Positions 10,741-22,204 of a stretch of DNA of 64,000 bases are shown piece after piece; position 1 is the stretch's first letter; each line of letters opens with the position of its first letter. The stretch is from Cyanophora paradoxa CCMP329. Lineage: Eukaryota > Plantae > Glaucophyta. The notes beneath the pieces were generated by a model. The model did no database searches. It was not told the DNA's origin and worked only from the letters and a program-made list of their open reading frames with translations. The stretch lies in assembly GCA_004431415.1 (NCBI GenBank), contig QPMI01000034.1, positions 30,753-94,752 of the forward strand, given 5' to 3'. Both the position numbers and the translations under genes were made by a program.

Positions 10741-13700
10741 TCAGCTGGCGGCGGCGACGAGGCGGGCGGCGGCGGCGGCGGCGGAAGCGGCGGAGCGGCC
10801 GCTGACGCTGCTCCACGGCCGCACGGCGTCGACCGAGCCCCGGCGCTCGTCGGGCCCCGCCGCCCCGCCCCCTCGGCCCCCGCCGCCGCCGGCGCGGGCT
10901 GCACCAGAACCGCCGGTGGCGCGGGCGCAGGACGGACGAAGGGGGCGGCCTGCTGCCGGGAGGGTTGGGGCGGCGGGCGGCCGGGGCGGAGGACGGAGGG
11001 CGGGGCGGCGATCGATGCGGGATGCGAGAGGGCGGCGTGCGGGGCGGGGAACGCGGGCCGCGTGGGAGGGAGCGGGGCGCGGGCGGCGGAGGCGGGGGCC
11101 GGGCTGCGGGGCGGCTCGGGCGGGGCGAGAGGGCGGGCGGGAGCGGGGCGGCCCCTCGAGGCCCCAGACGGCCTGCAGGGAGGGCGCGGAGACGGCGTGC
11201 CGCAGCGGGCTCGGCTGCTGCAGCGACGGCCGCCGCGCCGGCACGCCGCCCCGCAGCGAGTCTGCGCGGCGGCGTCAGCGGGCGTGATGGGCCGGGGCGC
11301 GCGGAGCGGGCGCGCGCGCCTGGGAGAGCGGGCCGCGTGGGAGGAGCGGGGCGTGGAGGGCGGCGGGGGCGGCGAGGGAGTCGAGGAAGACCGAGGGCGG
11401 GGCGGAGTCGAGCGCCGCCGGGGAAACGCGGGGCGGCGCCCCGAGGCGAGCCGCGCGAGGGCGACGGCGGCAGCGCCGGGGCCCCGCGAGGGGCGCGGAA
11501 GCGCGGGAGCACGGGGACGCCGCCGCGGGATGCGGGGGCCGGGGAGGGCGGGCGGAGGCGGGGGCGGGCGTGCGCGGGCGCGGGCGGCGTCGGCGGCGAG
11601 GGCGCGGATGGCGGCGGCGCCGGCGGGGGCGGGCGGGGGGGCGGGGCCGGGCGGGGCGGGGCCCGTGGGAGGAGGCGGCGCGGAGGCGGGGGCGGTGAGG
11701 TCGCCGAGGCCGTAGAGGGAGCCCGTGCTCGCCGGCCGCGACGGCCCGCCCGACTCCGACGCGGCGCCGGGGAGGCCCTCGGGTTGATCGGGGCGGGGCG
11801 GGCGGTGCGGCGGCGGGGGCGGCCCCGCCGGCCCCGATCTCGGCGGCCAGGAGGGAGGCCTCCCCGAGCTCCGCCGCCATCCTGCGCGCCCCCGCGGCGC
11901 CGTCAGACAGTGTGCTCGTAAGTGGCAGGGGCCGGGGGCGGGGCGGGCCTGGCGGCGGCGGAGCGCCAGGCGCTGCGGCGCTGGTCGGGGTCCAGCATCG
12001 AGCGCGGCGAGGGCGCCCGCCACGCGCTCTCCCGCGCCCGGCCCTCCGGCCCGCCCCCTCCCGCCACAGGGGCGCCCCGAAGCCCCGACGCGCTCCGCCG
12101 CCTCGGGCTCGGGCGTCGCCGGGGGCTGGAGGGAGGGCTGCCGCCAGCCGAGCGGCGGCGGGAGCTCCAGGAGGGGCCCCGGCCCCGCCGGCCCGGCCTC
12201 CTCCTCCACCCCCTCCAGCCCCGTCAGGAAGGCCGCCGGGGCCGCCGCAGGCGGCGCGGAGGGCGGCGCGGCGGGCGCGGGGGCGGGCGCGCGTCGGGGC
12301 GGCGGGCGGGGCGAGGCGCGGGCGGAGCGGGGCGGGGCGGGGAGCGAGCGGCGGGGCGGGCAGGGGTGGGGCGGGGGTCCGGGGAGGCAAGGGAGCGGGC
12401 GCGGGCCGGGCCTTGGGGACCTCCAGGCTCGCCCGCCGGCTCCCGGGGCGCTCGCCGGCGCCGCCAGCGACTGCTTCCGCCGCCGCCGCGCCGCCCGCTC
12501 CCGCGCCCCCGCCCCTCCTCCCGTCCGCGGCGGGGCCGGCCTCGAGCGGAGCCTCGGCCTCGCCGGCGGGGGGCGGGCGAAGGAGGGGAGGCGGTCGATG
12601 GCGAGGTGCTCGCCGGTCGAAGCGGCGTGGAGCCAGGCGCGCAGGGTGGCGGCGTGGCGCCCGGTCCCCTCCGCGGCGTGCTCGAGGAGCTCCTCCCAGA
12701 GGGCCCGCTGCACCGCCTCCTCCGCCACCCCCGGCCCCGCTCCGTGCCCGTGCTCGTGCCCGTGCCCGTGCCCGTGCCCCGCCTTCGGCGACACCTGCCG
12801 CCCCGGCGTCAGGCCCGCGCGGCGAGGCTGGGCTGGGCGGGGCGGGGCGGACGCACGGGGTTCGGGGAGTGCGGGGAGGGGCGGGGCGCTCGGCCTCGAG
12901 GCGCCGCATGCGCGCGTTGACGACGTCGGCGAGCCACGCGTGAAACTCCGCCGCCGCCTCCGCCTCGCTCACCTCCGCCGCCTCCCCCAGCCCCCGCCGA
13001 TGCCCCCGCCCCGGCAGCGGCAGCGAGCTCCGCCGCGAGGCGCCGCCCTGCGCGAGGCGAGCGCGTGAGGGCGGCGGCAAGGGGCGAGGCGGGGGCGGCG
13101 GCTCGCCTCGCGGGAGAGGCCGAGGCTGCGGTCCAGGGCCTGCTGCTGCGCGCTCTTCGCCCTGCGGCGGGTGCGGAGGTCGGCGGGGCGGGGCGGGGAG
13201 GGCGGGGGGCGGGGCGGCGCGTACAGCGTCACGATGCCCATGATGGAGGTGCGCCTCGCGGGGGTCAGCAGGCCGAGCTCCCGGAGCTGCCGTATCGCCC
13301 GCGCGCGGCTGCGGTCGACGTCGTACTTGGGCAGGCCGAGGCGCTCCCGCCGCAGCTCCTCCATCACCTCCCGCGGGTCCCGCATCCACTCCGCCTGCGA
13401 CACGTCCACCTGCGCCACCGCCCCGCCCCGTCAGCACCCGCGGCCTCCCGGCGCGCCCGGGGGCACGGGCGGCGCGCCTTGACGATGGAGGGCCGGCGGG
13501 CGGTCGCCCTCTCGGCGGGGGCGAGCAGGGGCGAGAGGCCGCCGGGCCGCGGCTCCTCTGGCGCCGGCGACTCCAGCTCCGCATCCGAGTAGTCCGCCAG
13601 GAGCACGACCTGCGCCGCCCCGTGAGCCGCACACGGAGCTCGGTGGGCCGGGGGGCGGTTGGGGCGCACGGGGCGTGGCGAGGTCAGAAGCGAGCCGCGC

Positions 13701-13966
13701 CGAGAGGGGCTCAGGTCCTCGCGCGTTGGCGACGCGACGCCGAAGCCCTCGAGCGCGGAGCCGTCCGCATCATCAGTCCGGGCTTCGTCGCCGCTTTGGG
13801 ACGGGTCCACTTCCTGTGACACCTGCACTGCGGGCTCCTCGCGGCTCCCCTCGCTCGCTGCCTCATCCAGGGATATCGAGGGCGGCTGCAGAGTCTCAGT
13901 CTCATCATCTCGCGCCTGCTGCTCCCACTGGCGGAGCGCCTCCTCCTCGTCAGCGTCCCAGCTCAT
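10741..13966 (-). CDS. Large spliced low-complexity hypothetical protein
   Basis: ATG at 13966 (MSWDADEEEALRQWEQQ...). Coding-like exons (WMRDPREVMEELRRERLGLPKY, EFHAWLADVVNARM, VQRALWEELLEHA) are separated by typical introns. Probable stop at 10741. Confidence 0.6.
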
Positions 13967-14147
13967 CTGCGCATGCCTGGCATATGGATGACACTGTATA
14001 TCAGCTGAAGCTGCCTCAGGGCCTAGATCTGATCGTAACTCAGGAGCCTTGGAGCACGGAGCTGACTCCTCAAAATTGATCTACCCCAACGCTAACGCAC
14101 TGCGTTGCATCCGTCGCTGCAGCTGGCAGTTACCAAGCTACGGCAAA

Positions 14148-15126
14148 ATGAGAGCGCAGCGAAAAGAGCAGCAGACTGCGCTCACAGCTGCGAAGCTGCA
14201 CGTCGCCTCCAGTGCAACAGTCGTCCGGGTGCCCTTCATACGTGCCGATACACGCCCAGCCGAGCCGCCTGAGCGCTGCGGCAGGTGCTGGTGGGCTTTA
14301 GCTTCATATCAGGGCTCCTTTTCGCCATCGGGTGCGTGCTGCCCTTGACGTCGCTTCGGCCCATCGCTTCGCCGGCCTGAACGACCGGCGCATTTGACGG
14401 CTGCCTGCTGTATACCTGACGATCCGCGACGCCTCGCGCAGCGCGGGGATCAACTTCAAATTCCACAGCGGGTATTGGGTCGTAGGCGTCATGTTCACAC
14501 TGGGACTGCTGCTCATGGGCTCGGCCGGTGCGCCGCGCGTCCCTGGTCGACAGTGCAAGCCGCGTACGTGTTGAGCCGGGGCGTGCGCAGTGGTGGCGTG
14601 CCACGGGATCAGCCGGCGGCGGAAGTGGGAGCTGACCTGCTTCGCCTGCGTGACGGGGCTCGTGGCCGCGCTGGAGGCCTCAGCATCGATCTACTGTCTC
14701 TGGGGTGCTCCTCGCCCATCCTCCCGCCTGCCCGCGGCCAACCAACCCCGCCCGCAGCTGTCGCGCACATCGCCGAGTCGCTGCGGCGCCTCGCTGCGGA
14801 GAGTGCGCCGCGCGGACCCCCGATGCGCCCCGCAGCGGGCGGCTGAGGCGGCCGGCAGAGCCGGAGGAGTTCGCAGCGACGTTCAACGGGCAGCCGGTGG
14901 AGGATGCGATCCAGGCGGTGCGGGGCAACCTGGAGTGGACCGCCGCCCTCGGCCTCGCCCTCAGCGTCGCCCAGGTCGCCTCCATCATCGCAGGCCCGCC
15001 CCGCCCGCCCGCCCGCCCCCGTCCCGCCCCGTGCTGACCGCGGGGTCCGCTGCAGGCCTGATGTACCGGCGGGCGATACGGGAAGGGCTCTACGCAGAAC
15101 AGGCGCAGACCGCACAGTGGGTCTAG
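14148..15126 (+). CDS. Tetraspanin-like four-TM protein
   Basis: Four hydrophobic segments. The TM2-TM3 region VMFTLGLLLMGSAVVACHGISRRRKWELTCFACVTGLVAALE resembles the tetraspanin pattern. No CCG motif is seen in the short second loop. Confidence 0.55.
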
Positions 15127-15265
15127 CTGCCCCCGTCTCCCCCCTTTCCCCCCTCTTCCCCCCCCCCACCCCACCCCCCCCCTTCCTTCAAACTCCTCCG
15201 GCCGGCCTCCCTCCCTCCAGCGCGCACCGGGCCCCGCGTTTCAATGTACAGCTCGTTCGAGGCCG

Positions 15266-16206
15266 CTACTGCTCGGGGAGGGGCGTGCCCGGGGCGCCGA
15301 TGGCGTCGAGGGTGAGCCAGACGACGTGGGCGTTCTGGATGCGGAGGGTCTGGGCCTGGCGCGGGAGGGCGCCCCACGTCTCCCCGGGCAGGCACAGCTT
15401 CCCCACGTCCGCCAGGAGCTCCGCCAGGGGCACGCCCTCCCGCCGCGCCCGCGCCACGTCCCGCACCACGTACTCCAGGCCCTGGCCCCGCCCCGCACCC
15501 CGCGTCGGCGGAGCGCCCGGCGGACCCCGGCCCGGCGCGCGCCCCCGCTCGAGGGCGCCGGCACCTGTGCGGCGGGGTCGTCGAGGCGGGGCTCGCTCCA
15601 GCCGCGCTCGCGGGCGTCGTGGGGCCGGTAGCGTTCGTGGCGGAGGGCGGCGTAGACGGCGAGGATCCAGCCGTTGCGCGCCACGCACTCCTCGTCGTCC
15701 AGCCGGATGAAGCTGTCCACGCCGTCGTCCCCCGAGCTCAGCTCGTTCCCCGAGATCTCCAGCCGCAGCGCCGGCAGGCTGAAGCCGTGCAGGTACGCCG
15801 CGATGGCCGCCTCGCAGAAGGCGCGCAGGCAGCCGAAGTAGCGCGGATCGCCGCGCCGCGCCTGGCCCGTGTAAGTGTACACGAAAGCCTTTCGGAAGGT
15901 ATTCTCCAGTGCGAGCGTGATAATCTCTCCGGCGTCCTGCGGCGCCGACAGCTCCGCCGCCACCTCGGCTGGCCTCGGTCGCGGTCGAATTGCTATTTGG
16001 AGCGCGGTCGGTATCCGTAGCGTGCTGGTCGGAACAAACTCCGTTCGCGGTAGCAGCCGGCCCTCTAGTCGCCGCGCTCTTGCACGTGCGCGCTCAGAAG
16101 CGCTCGGCCGAGGCGCGCCCGGGCACACCAACGAGCTAGCAAGTGCGCATTGAGAGGGAGCTGAGTTGCGGCCGGCCGCCGGCGCGGGGCTCACGAAGCC
16201 GGGCAT
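15266..16206 (-). CDS. Putative plastid-targeted protein of unknown function
   Basis: S/A/P/R-rich, acid-poor N-terminus starting MPGFVSP (Phe at position 4). Globular part FCEAAIAAYLHGFSLPALRLE...RNGWILAVYAAL. One intron at about 15480-15565. Confidence 0.7.
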
Positions 16207-16208
16207 GT

Positions 16209-16354
16209 CGATCGCTAGCTAGCCTGGCTGCACTCAAGACTTGTCACGAGCTTACGGTGGTTGCGCCGCTATGTGGCCACTCGGCGGCTATGGCAAGTGC
16301 TTCGGAGCTGCGCTGGCGTTCCGGCGAAGCTGCAGTTTGATCCCCCCTCGGCGG
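16209..16354 (+). repeat. About 150-bp dispersed element, copy 1, between divergent genes
   Basis: Near-identical to the reverse complement of 32151-32304. Confidence 0.9.
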
Positions 16355-16390
16355 GTACAGGAGGTTCATTAGGGGGATACCGGCGAAAAC

Positions 16391-17313
16391 ATGGTGCGGG
16401 CCCGCTCGCGCCCCGCGCAGCCCGGCGAGGCGTCGGGGCGATTCAAGAACACGGACTTACGATGCCCGCCGCGCTTTCCGCGTGCAGGGTGTCGATCTCG
16501 AAGCGGGTGGGCGCAAGAAGAACCAGGGCCGCACGGAGCCCGCGAGCCAGAATGTCTACATTCGGCTCCTCGTCAAGGTTAGCCAGAACGACCCGGAAGC
16601 CCGGGATCCCAAACGGACCTCTCGTCGATCACGCACGCCGTGCTAGTCCTGGCGACAGCAGCGGCCACCTGGCGATATGCGCGACTGCAGCACAAAGCTA
16701 GAAGTCTAGATTACGCTAGCGCACCCCGCAGCGATCCCGTGCATGCCCTGGTCGCTCACGCTCGCCGCAGCTGTACCGCTTCCTTGCGCGGCGCACGGAC
16801 TCCAAGTTCAACAAGATCATCCTGAAGCGCCTGTTTATGAGCCGCGTCAACCGGGCCCCGATCTCGCTGTCCCGGCTCGCCCGCCTCCTGAAGGGCAAGG
16901 GCGACAAGATCGCCGTCATTGTCGGCACTGTGACCGACGACGTGCGCCTCCTGGACGTCCCCAAGCTCACGATCTGCGCTCTGCGTGTCACGGAGACCGC
17001 CCGCGCCCGCATCCTCAAGGCCGGCGGCAAGATCATGACCTTCGACCAGCTGGCCCTTAAGGCCCCCACTGGCGCCAACACCCTGCTGCTCCGCGGCCCC
17101 CGCTCGCGTGAGGCCATCAAGCACTTCGGTGCCGCTGGTGTGCCGCACTCGACTGCCAAGTGAGCTCCCCGCCGCCGCCTCCGCCGCACTCCTCGTGCTC
17201 GCTATTGCGTAGCGCAGCCCTAACGCGTGTTGCGCAGGCCCTACGTTCGCTCGAAGGGCCGCAAGTTCGAGCGCGCGCGTGGCCGCCGTGGCTCGCGTGG
17301 CTTCAAGGTATAA
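16391..17313 (+). CDS. RPL18: 60S ribosomal protein L18 (eL18)
   Basis: Four exons: ATG / [30 protein letters not shown] / [36 protein letters not shown]...GVPHSTA / [25 protein letters not shown]. Confidence 0.98.
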
Positions 17314-17561
17314 GCGGGCAGCATCCTCCGCTAGAGACTTGGTCTCCCCATTCGCCAGTTCTGTGCCGCACCGATCCCCCGGGATCTGTCAAATCGTCGA
17401 GGTCCCTCATCTCAGTATTCCGGATGCGAGGCTCGCGTTGGGGCTCGAGGGTTCGGGCGGGTGTTGGGCTGGGGCCTCGCGACGCGACGGGGCCAGCCGC
17501 TCTCCCTTCCTCTTGCTTCTTTCACTTTCGCCCCGCGTTTCCGTCGTCATTTTGGTTTTCC

Positions 17562-17713
17562 TCTCCCACAACGGTCCGGCTGGTCTAGCGGCGTGCGAAC
17601 ACACGTCGCGTTGGCCTTGCTGATCTAACCCATGTGGGGAACATAAACGGAAAGCAAAAAGCACTTGTGCTCGATTTCTATTGACAGCACGAGTCGTCGT
17701 CTTTCCCACATCA
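17562..17713 (+). ncRNA. Box H/ACA snoRNA, copy 1 (predicted LSU rRNA pseudouridylation guide)
   Basis: Hairpin, H box (ACATAA 17641-17646), hairpin, ACA (17708-17710). Guide pockets ACGGTC/AACCCA and CAAAAAGC/CGTCGT are complementary to conserved eukaryotic LSU rRNA sequences. Confidence 0.85.
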
Positions 17714-17774
17714 TGCCTTTGCAGTATCTGCCCCCCGCTCTCCCAGTTCTGTTTTCTTTCTGGCATGCCGATGC

Positions 17775-17927
17775 CACCTCGTAACGGTCCGGCTGGTCTA
17801 GCGGCGTGCGAACACACGTCGCGTTGGCCTTGCTGATCTAACCCATACGAGGCACACAAAAAGGAAAGCAAAAAGCACTTGTGCTCGATTTCTATTGACA
17901 GCACGAGTCGTCGTCTTCCCGACAATC
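17775..17927 (+). ncRNA. Box H/ACA snoRNA, copy 2 (paralog)
   Basis: Same guide pockets; H box ACACAA 17854-17859; ACA 17922-17924. Basal stem CCTCGTA/TACGAGG replaces TCCCACA/TGTGGGG of copy 1 (compensatory change). Confidence 0.85.
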
Positions 17928-18458
17928 CCCACTGATCTCCCGTCGAAGTCATAGCACTGCCATCTACCTTACCCGCATGCCTAATGCCTAGACCATTGGC
18001 ATCGGACTGCTGGATTTGTATGCAGCGGACGCCGCCCCAGCGCCTGTCAAGTGCACAGTGGGTCTTCGAAAGCCGTGCAGAATTCGAAGGCGCTTAGACT
18101 TGATTCGTCATGAAATACCCTACAGCTGCAGGGATTCAACAAAACAGGCTAGTTGTACGTATACAGAGAACATGAAAATTACAGGAGAGGAAACTGTGAA
18201 TACAAGGGAGAAAGTTCGCCCAAGCTAGAGAAATTGGGGCAGTTAGCTGCAGGCGCTTGAACAATGCCGCGGTGCGAGCGATGTCCGGTCCTTCTTGAGC
18301 AATGACGAGCGAGCTCTTCGATGTCGCATCAGCTGCCCCCCGCCGCCTCCGATCGATCGCGCGCCGCCTCCCGCCTCCGCCGCAACTTGTCAGAGCTGCA
18401 GAAATTTAGACGCGGCTGCGAGCACCAAATTCAGCGGGCTGGTGCACACCTGAAGCTC

Positions 18459-18937
18459 TTACTTCGCGACAGCGCTGGCGGGCTTCTTGTCGTCGCTGTT
18501 GTAAACGCTGAGGCGGCCCTCGCGCATGACCATCTTGTCCTCGGCGTTCGGTGCCTTAGAAGGCGTCGCCGCTGCGCGTTCGAACTGTCAGAGAGCGGCT
18601 GACAGGAGTAGCTAGCATTAAGCTCCCGCAAAAAGCGCACGTTTCGAGCGCAGGAGCGGGAGCGCCGAGATACCCTGCGCGTGCCGTGAGCACGTCAACA
18701 CGGCGGGGCGCAAAAGCGCCGTGCGTGGCGTACCAGAACGAGCGCCGTGCCTGTGCAGCGACAAGGTGGCACACAAGGCGCGCGGCGTTGCGTTAGCTGA
18801 GAGCCGGCGAGCCGGCATGGCGGCGGCGCTGAGGTGGCGCGGGGCGGCGCAAACGTACCAAGAGCCACGTAGAGCTTCTCCTTCGGGCCATTGGACATGC
18901 TCCACATAAGCGATTGTGTCTTCTTGGCGTCCGCCAT
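18459..18937 (-). CDS. Small single-pass membrane protein, hypothetical
   Basis: MADAKKTQSLMWSMSNGPKEKLYVALG / TALVL / GISALPLLRSK, with small exons flanked by GT-AG introns. The phase of the last exon is uncertain. Confidence 0.5.
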
Positions 18938-19244
18938 GGCTCTGTGCGGAAAGCTTCCACGTAAGCTCTTTGAGATTGCGATTGGGAGGTTGCTCGCTCG
19001 AGAGCAGCGAGGACGGACCTCGGCGAAAGTGAGCCGTAGCCGGTGCGGGTCCCCCCCCCCCCCCCCCCCCTCGGCCGCGTGTGGCGTGTATTGCAGGCCG
19101 AAGAGAGCTAGCTGGCAGTGCAGCGCGGCCAATCGGCATCGGCGGCCGCGTGTGTTGAACGCTGAGCTGAGCAGCATCGGTCGCTTGAGCGTGACAGCTG
19201 CAGATAGCGGCGAGTCTGTAGCTCACAGCGCCGCGCGCGGTGCG

Positions 19245-20635
19245 ATGGCGCTCCCGGAACGCGGCTGGGGGCTAGCGCTCCTGCCCGCCGCCGTGCCGCC
19301 GCAGTCCGGTCCGACGTGCGGACTCGTCGCCCTCTCTGCGGCCGCGGCCGCGGCCGGGGCGCGGGCGACGCTCAGTGAGGGCGCGCTGGTCGAGCGGGCG
19401 CGCGCCCTCGGCTTCTCGAACGAGGGGGAGATGTTCTCGGCGGCGGAGCTCGCTGCGCTGGGGGCCGCCGTCTACGGCCCGGAGCTCGAAGTCCGCTGCG
19501 CGAGCGAGTGGTCGCCCTCGCTGGTCTGCCGCGAGCTGCTCGCCGGCCGCACTGTGCTTGTCCCGTGCGTCCCCGTGCACCGCTGCACTCCCCGACCCCG
19601 CCGCGCCGCGCCGCGCGCGCGCTGACCGACGGGCCCCCGGGCAGGTACGACGCGGACTACAACAACGAGCCGGCGGTCTTCGGCGGCGCGCGGGCGCACT
19701 GGTGCCTCCTCGCGGGGCTGCTCCTGCCCCTCGAGGACCCGCAGCTGGAGGGGCTCGCCCTGCGGCCCAACCCGCTCAGCGACCTCGTGCTCGACGTACC
19801 CCTCCACGATGGCGGCCCCTCCGCACCACCTGCCGACCTCCCGCCCCTCCCTCCGCCTGCCCCCGACCGCCACCCGGCGCCCCCCAACTCCCAGCCCCCT
19901 CGGCCCGCTGCGGAACGGCCCGGCGGTGCCGGTGCCGGCGGGGCGGGGCCGGAGGGCGGCGTCGGCGATGGGGAGGGCGGGCGGCGGGGGGTGCGGGGCA
20001 TGATCGACTGGTGGAACGCCTCTTCTTCCTCCTCCTCCGGCAGCCGCGCCCCTGTCCCCCGCCCCGCCCCCGCCCCGCCCCGCCCCGCAGGCCGCCCCGG
20101 CCAACGGGAGGGGCCCTCGAGCCGCCCCCCGCGCAGCCCGCCCGGCCTCGGGTGCCTCCGCGGGGGCGGGGCGGCGGGCGGGCCGGCCGGGACGTGGGCT
20201 CGACGCTGCTGCGGTGGCTGCGGCAGGCGGGGGCGCCCGCGGGAGGCCCACGTGGTGGCCCTGCACGGCCGCACCGCCCACGCCGCCGTCTGGCGCCTCG
20301 CCGCGCTGCACGAGTCCAACGCGAGCCTGCGGGCGGCGCGGCGGGACCGCCTCGAGGCCGGCCGCTTCCGCATCCCCGGCGACCTCGCCGCCCTCCGCGG
20401 CCACGCCGTACTTTGCGGCCGGCCCTCCGACCCTCCTCCCCACGAGCCCCGGGCCCCACCGTTGGGCTCTCCTTCCGCCGCGCCCCACGCGAGCCCCGCT
20501 CCGCAGCCCGTCCCCAGCGGCACCGGCAGCCAGCAGACGGCTAGCCCCGGGGGGCGTAGGTGTAGCACAGGTCAGCATCAAACATGCACTAGATCTAGGT
20601 CAGAGGCAGCAGAGGAAAAGCTTTCAAATGCCTAG
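19245..20635 (+). CDS. ACTMAP: C19orf54/UPF0692 actin maturation protease-like cysteine peptidase
   Basis: Motifs QSGPTCGLVAL, GEMFSA, LVP/YDADYNNEP..GGARAHW and W..AALHESN.SL are typical of this family; one intron at about 19567-19644. Confidence 0.85.
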
Positions 20636-20731
20636 AGATGATTCGAAGAAACGCGCGCAAAAGGGCCTAGGAAACGAGCGAATTCGAAGGGGGTTAAGGG
20701 ATGGAAGAGGGCGCCACGGGCGAGCAATCAA

Positions 20732-21960
20732 CTAGCGTGGGGAGGAGGAAGGCGGGGGCTGCGGGCCCCGCTCGTGGCCCGGGTAGGCGCTGAAGAGGAC
20801 GGGGCTGTGGACCGACTGCAGGGGCTGCAGGGAGGCCACGGGGGGCAGGGGGACCGACGCGCCGGAGACGAGGGAGGAGGGCGGCGGGAGGGGAGGGGGG
20901 AGGGGCGGGGGGAGGTGCGGGGGGAGGGGCGGCGGGGCGGCGCTGGGGTCGTGGTGGTGGTGCATGGCGGGGCCCATCTCGGGGAGGTGCGGCGACTGCG
21001 CGTAGTGCCCGTGCATGACGATGGAGCGCAGGTCCTCGAGGCTCACCGCCTCGTCCCGGTGCTGCCGCCCCCTCAGCGGCCGCGCCCGCATAGCAAGGGG
21101 CGGGGCCGCGCACGCGGAGGATGCTGGATATCGCCTGGAAGCGGCCCAGGGCGTCGTTGAGGACCTCCATCGGCGAGTTGTAGCGGATGTGGTAGAGCTT
21201 CAGCTCGTTGCGGAGCATGCGCACGAGCTCCGCAATGCGCGTGAACTCGTTCGCCTGCAGCGTGAAGCCCTCCGCATGGAACGACTCCCGCAGACCGCCG
21301 CCCCCGCCGTTCTGCCGCTTCTGCTCCTGCGGCGGCTCGTCGTCGTCCAGGTTGTCGCTCGCCCTCCGCTTGTACGTGCGAGCCGCCTGCGAGCCGCCCG
21401 CCTGGAACTCCGCCCGCACATTCTCCGGCACCTTATCGCAGGCCGCGAGGTGCTGCTTCATCCGCGTCGTGTTCTTGCGCTGCGGCGGGCGGTGTCACGC
21501 TGGAGGTCGCCAGCAGGCGTTGCGATCGAGAAAACGGGGTGGCGGGCGCGAAGTGGCTTAGCTAGCTTCTGGATTATCGGGCCAGCGTGCGCAGGGGCGG
21601 AACGAGATGGATGGGCGCGCGCGCGGTCACCTTCAACCTCCACTTGCCGCAATGAAGGCAGATCACAGGGCCGAACTCTTTATCTTTCTCGGGGAGCTCG
21701 AAATGGTCGTCTGTCTTGAACGTCGACCTCGAGCTCTTACGGCGCTGCTGGTCCGGCTGCTGGTCCCGATCCTCCTCGCCCGAAGGCGACTCTCCATCGT
21801 GCCCCAGCGCATCAGCGTCAATGGAAGCGCTCGGCCTCCGAGTTGGCAGGGTTGGAGGCATCGGCAACGGCTGCGGCCGCCATCCAGTGTCGGGAAGGGT
21901 TCGAGGCGAAGAGTCCAGGGTGTCGGAAATCGGTGGGTGTAAAGAGCTTGATGAGCTCAT
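20732..21960 (-). CDS. BED-type zinc-finger protein
   Basis: HF...VICLHCGKWRLK / RKNTTRMKQHLAAC gives a C-x2-C...H-x3-C BED finger, followed by a helical domain and a Pro/His-rich tail. No DDE domain. Confidence 0.7.
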
Positions 21961-22204
21961 CTCCAGCTTTCGCCGGTGTCGCCAAGAAAACTCTCGATCG
22001 CTAAGCTCTGTTCAATGGGTACCCATTGTCCAGGAACTTTCCCATTTCCCTCGGGAAATTTGGAGAATTTCCCGCAGGCGGCGGCTGGTGAATTTCCCGC
22101 AGGCGCCGGCGGCAGTAGTACTATCCTATAGGCTATAGCGAGCCTACAGCTGCTGGGCCGCCGATCGCAATCAGCGCTGCTAGATAGATCTGCGGCCGCC
22201 TGCG

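Noticed and set aside
16578-16770. snoRNA in the longer second RPL18 intron
   Set aside because: No C/D boxes or convincing H/ACA hairpin layout.
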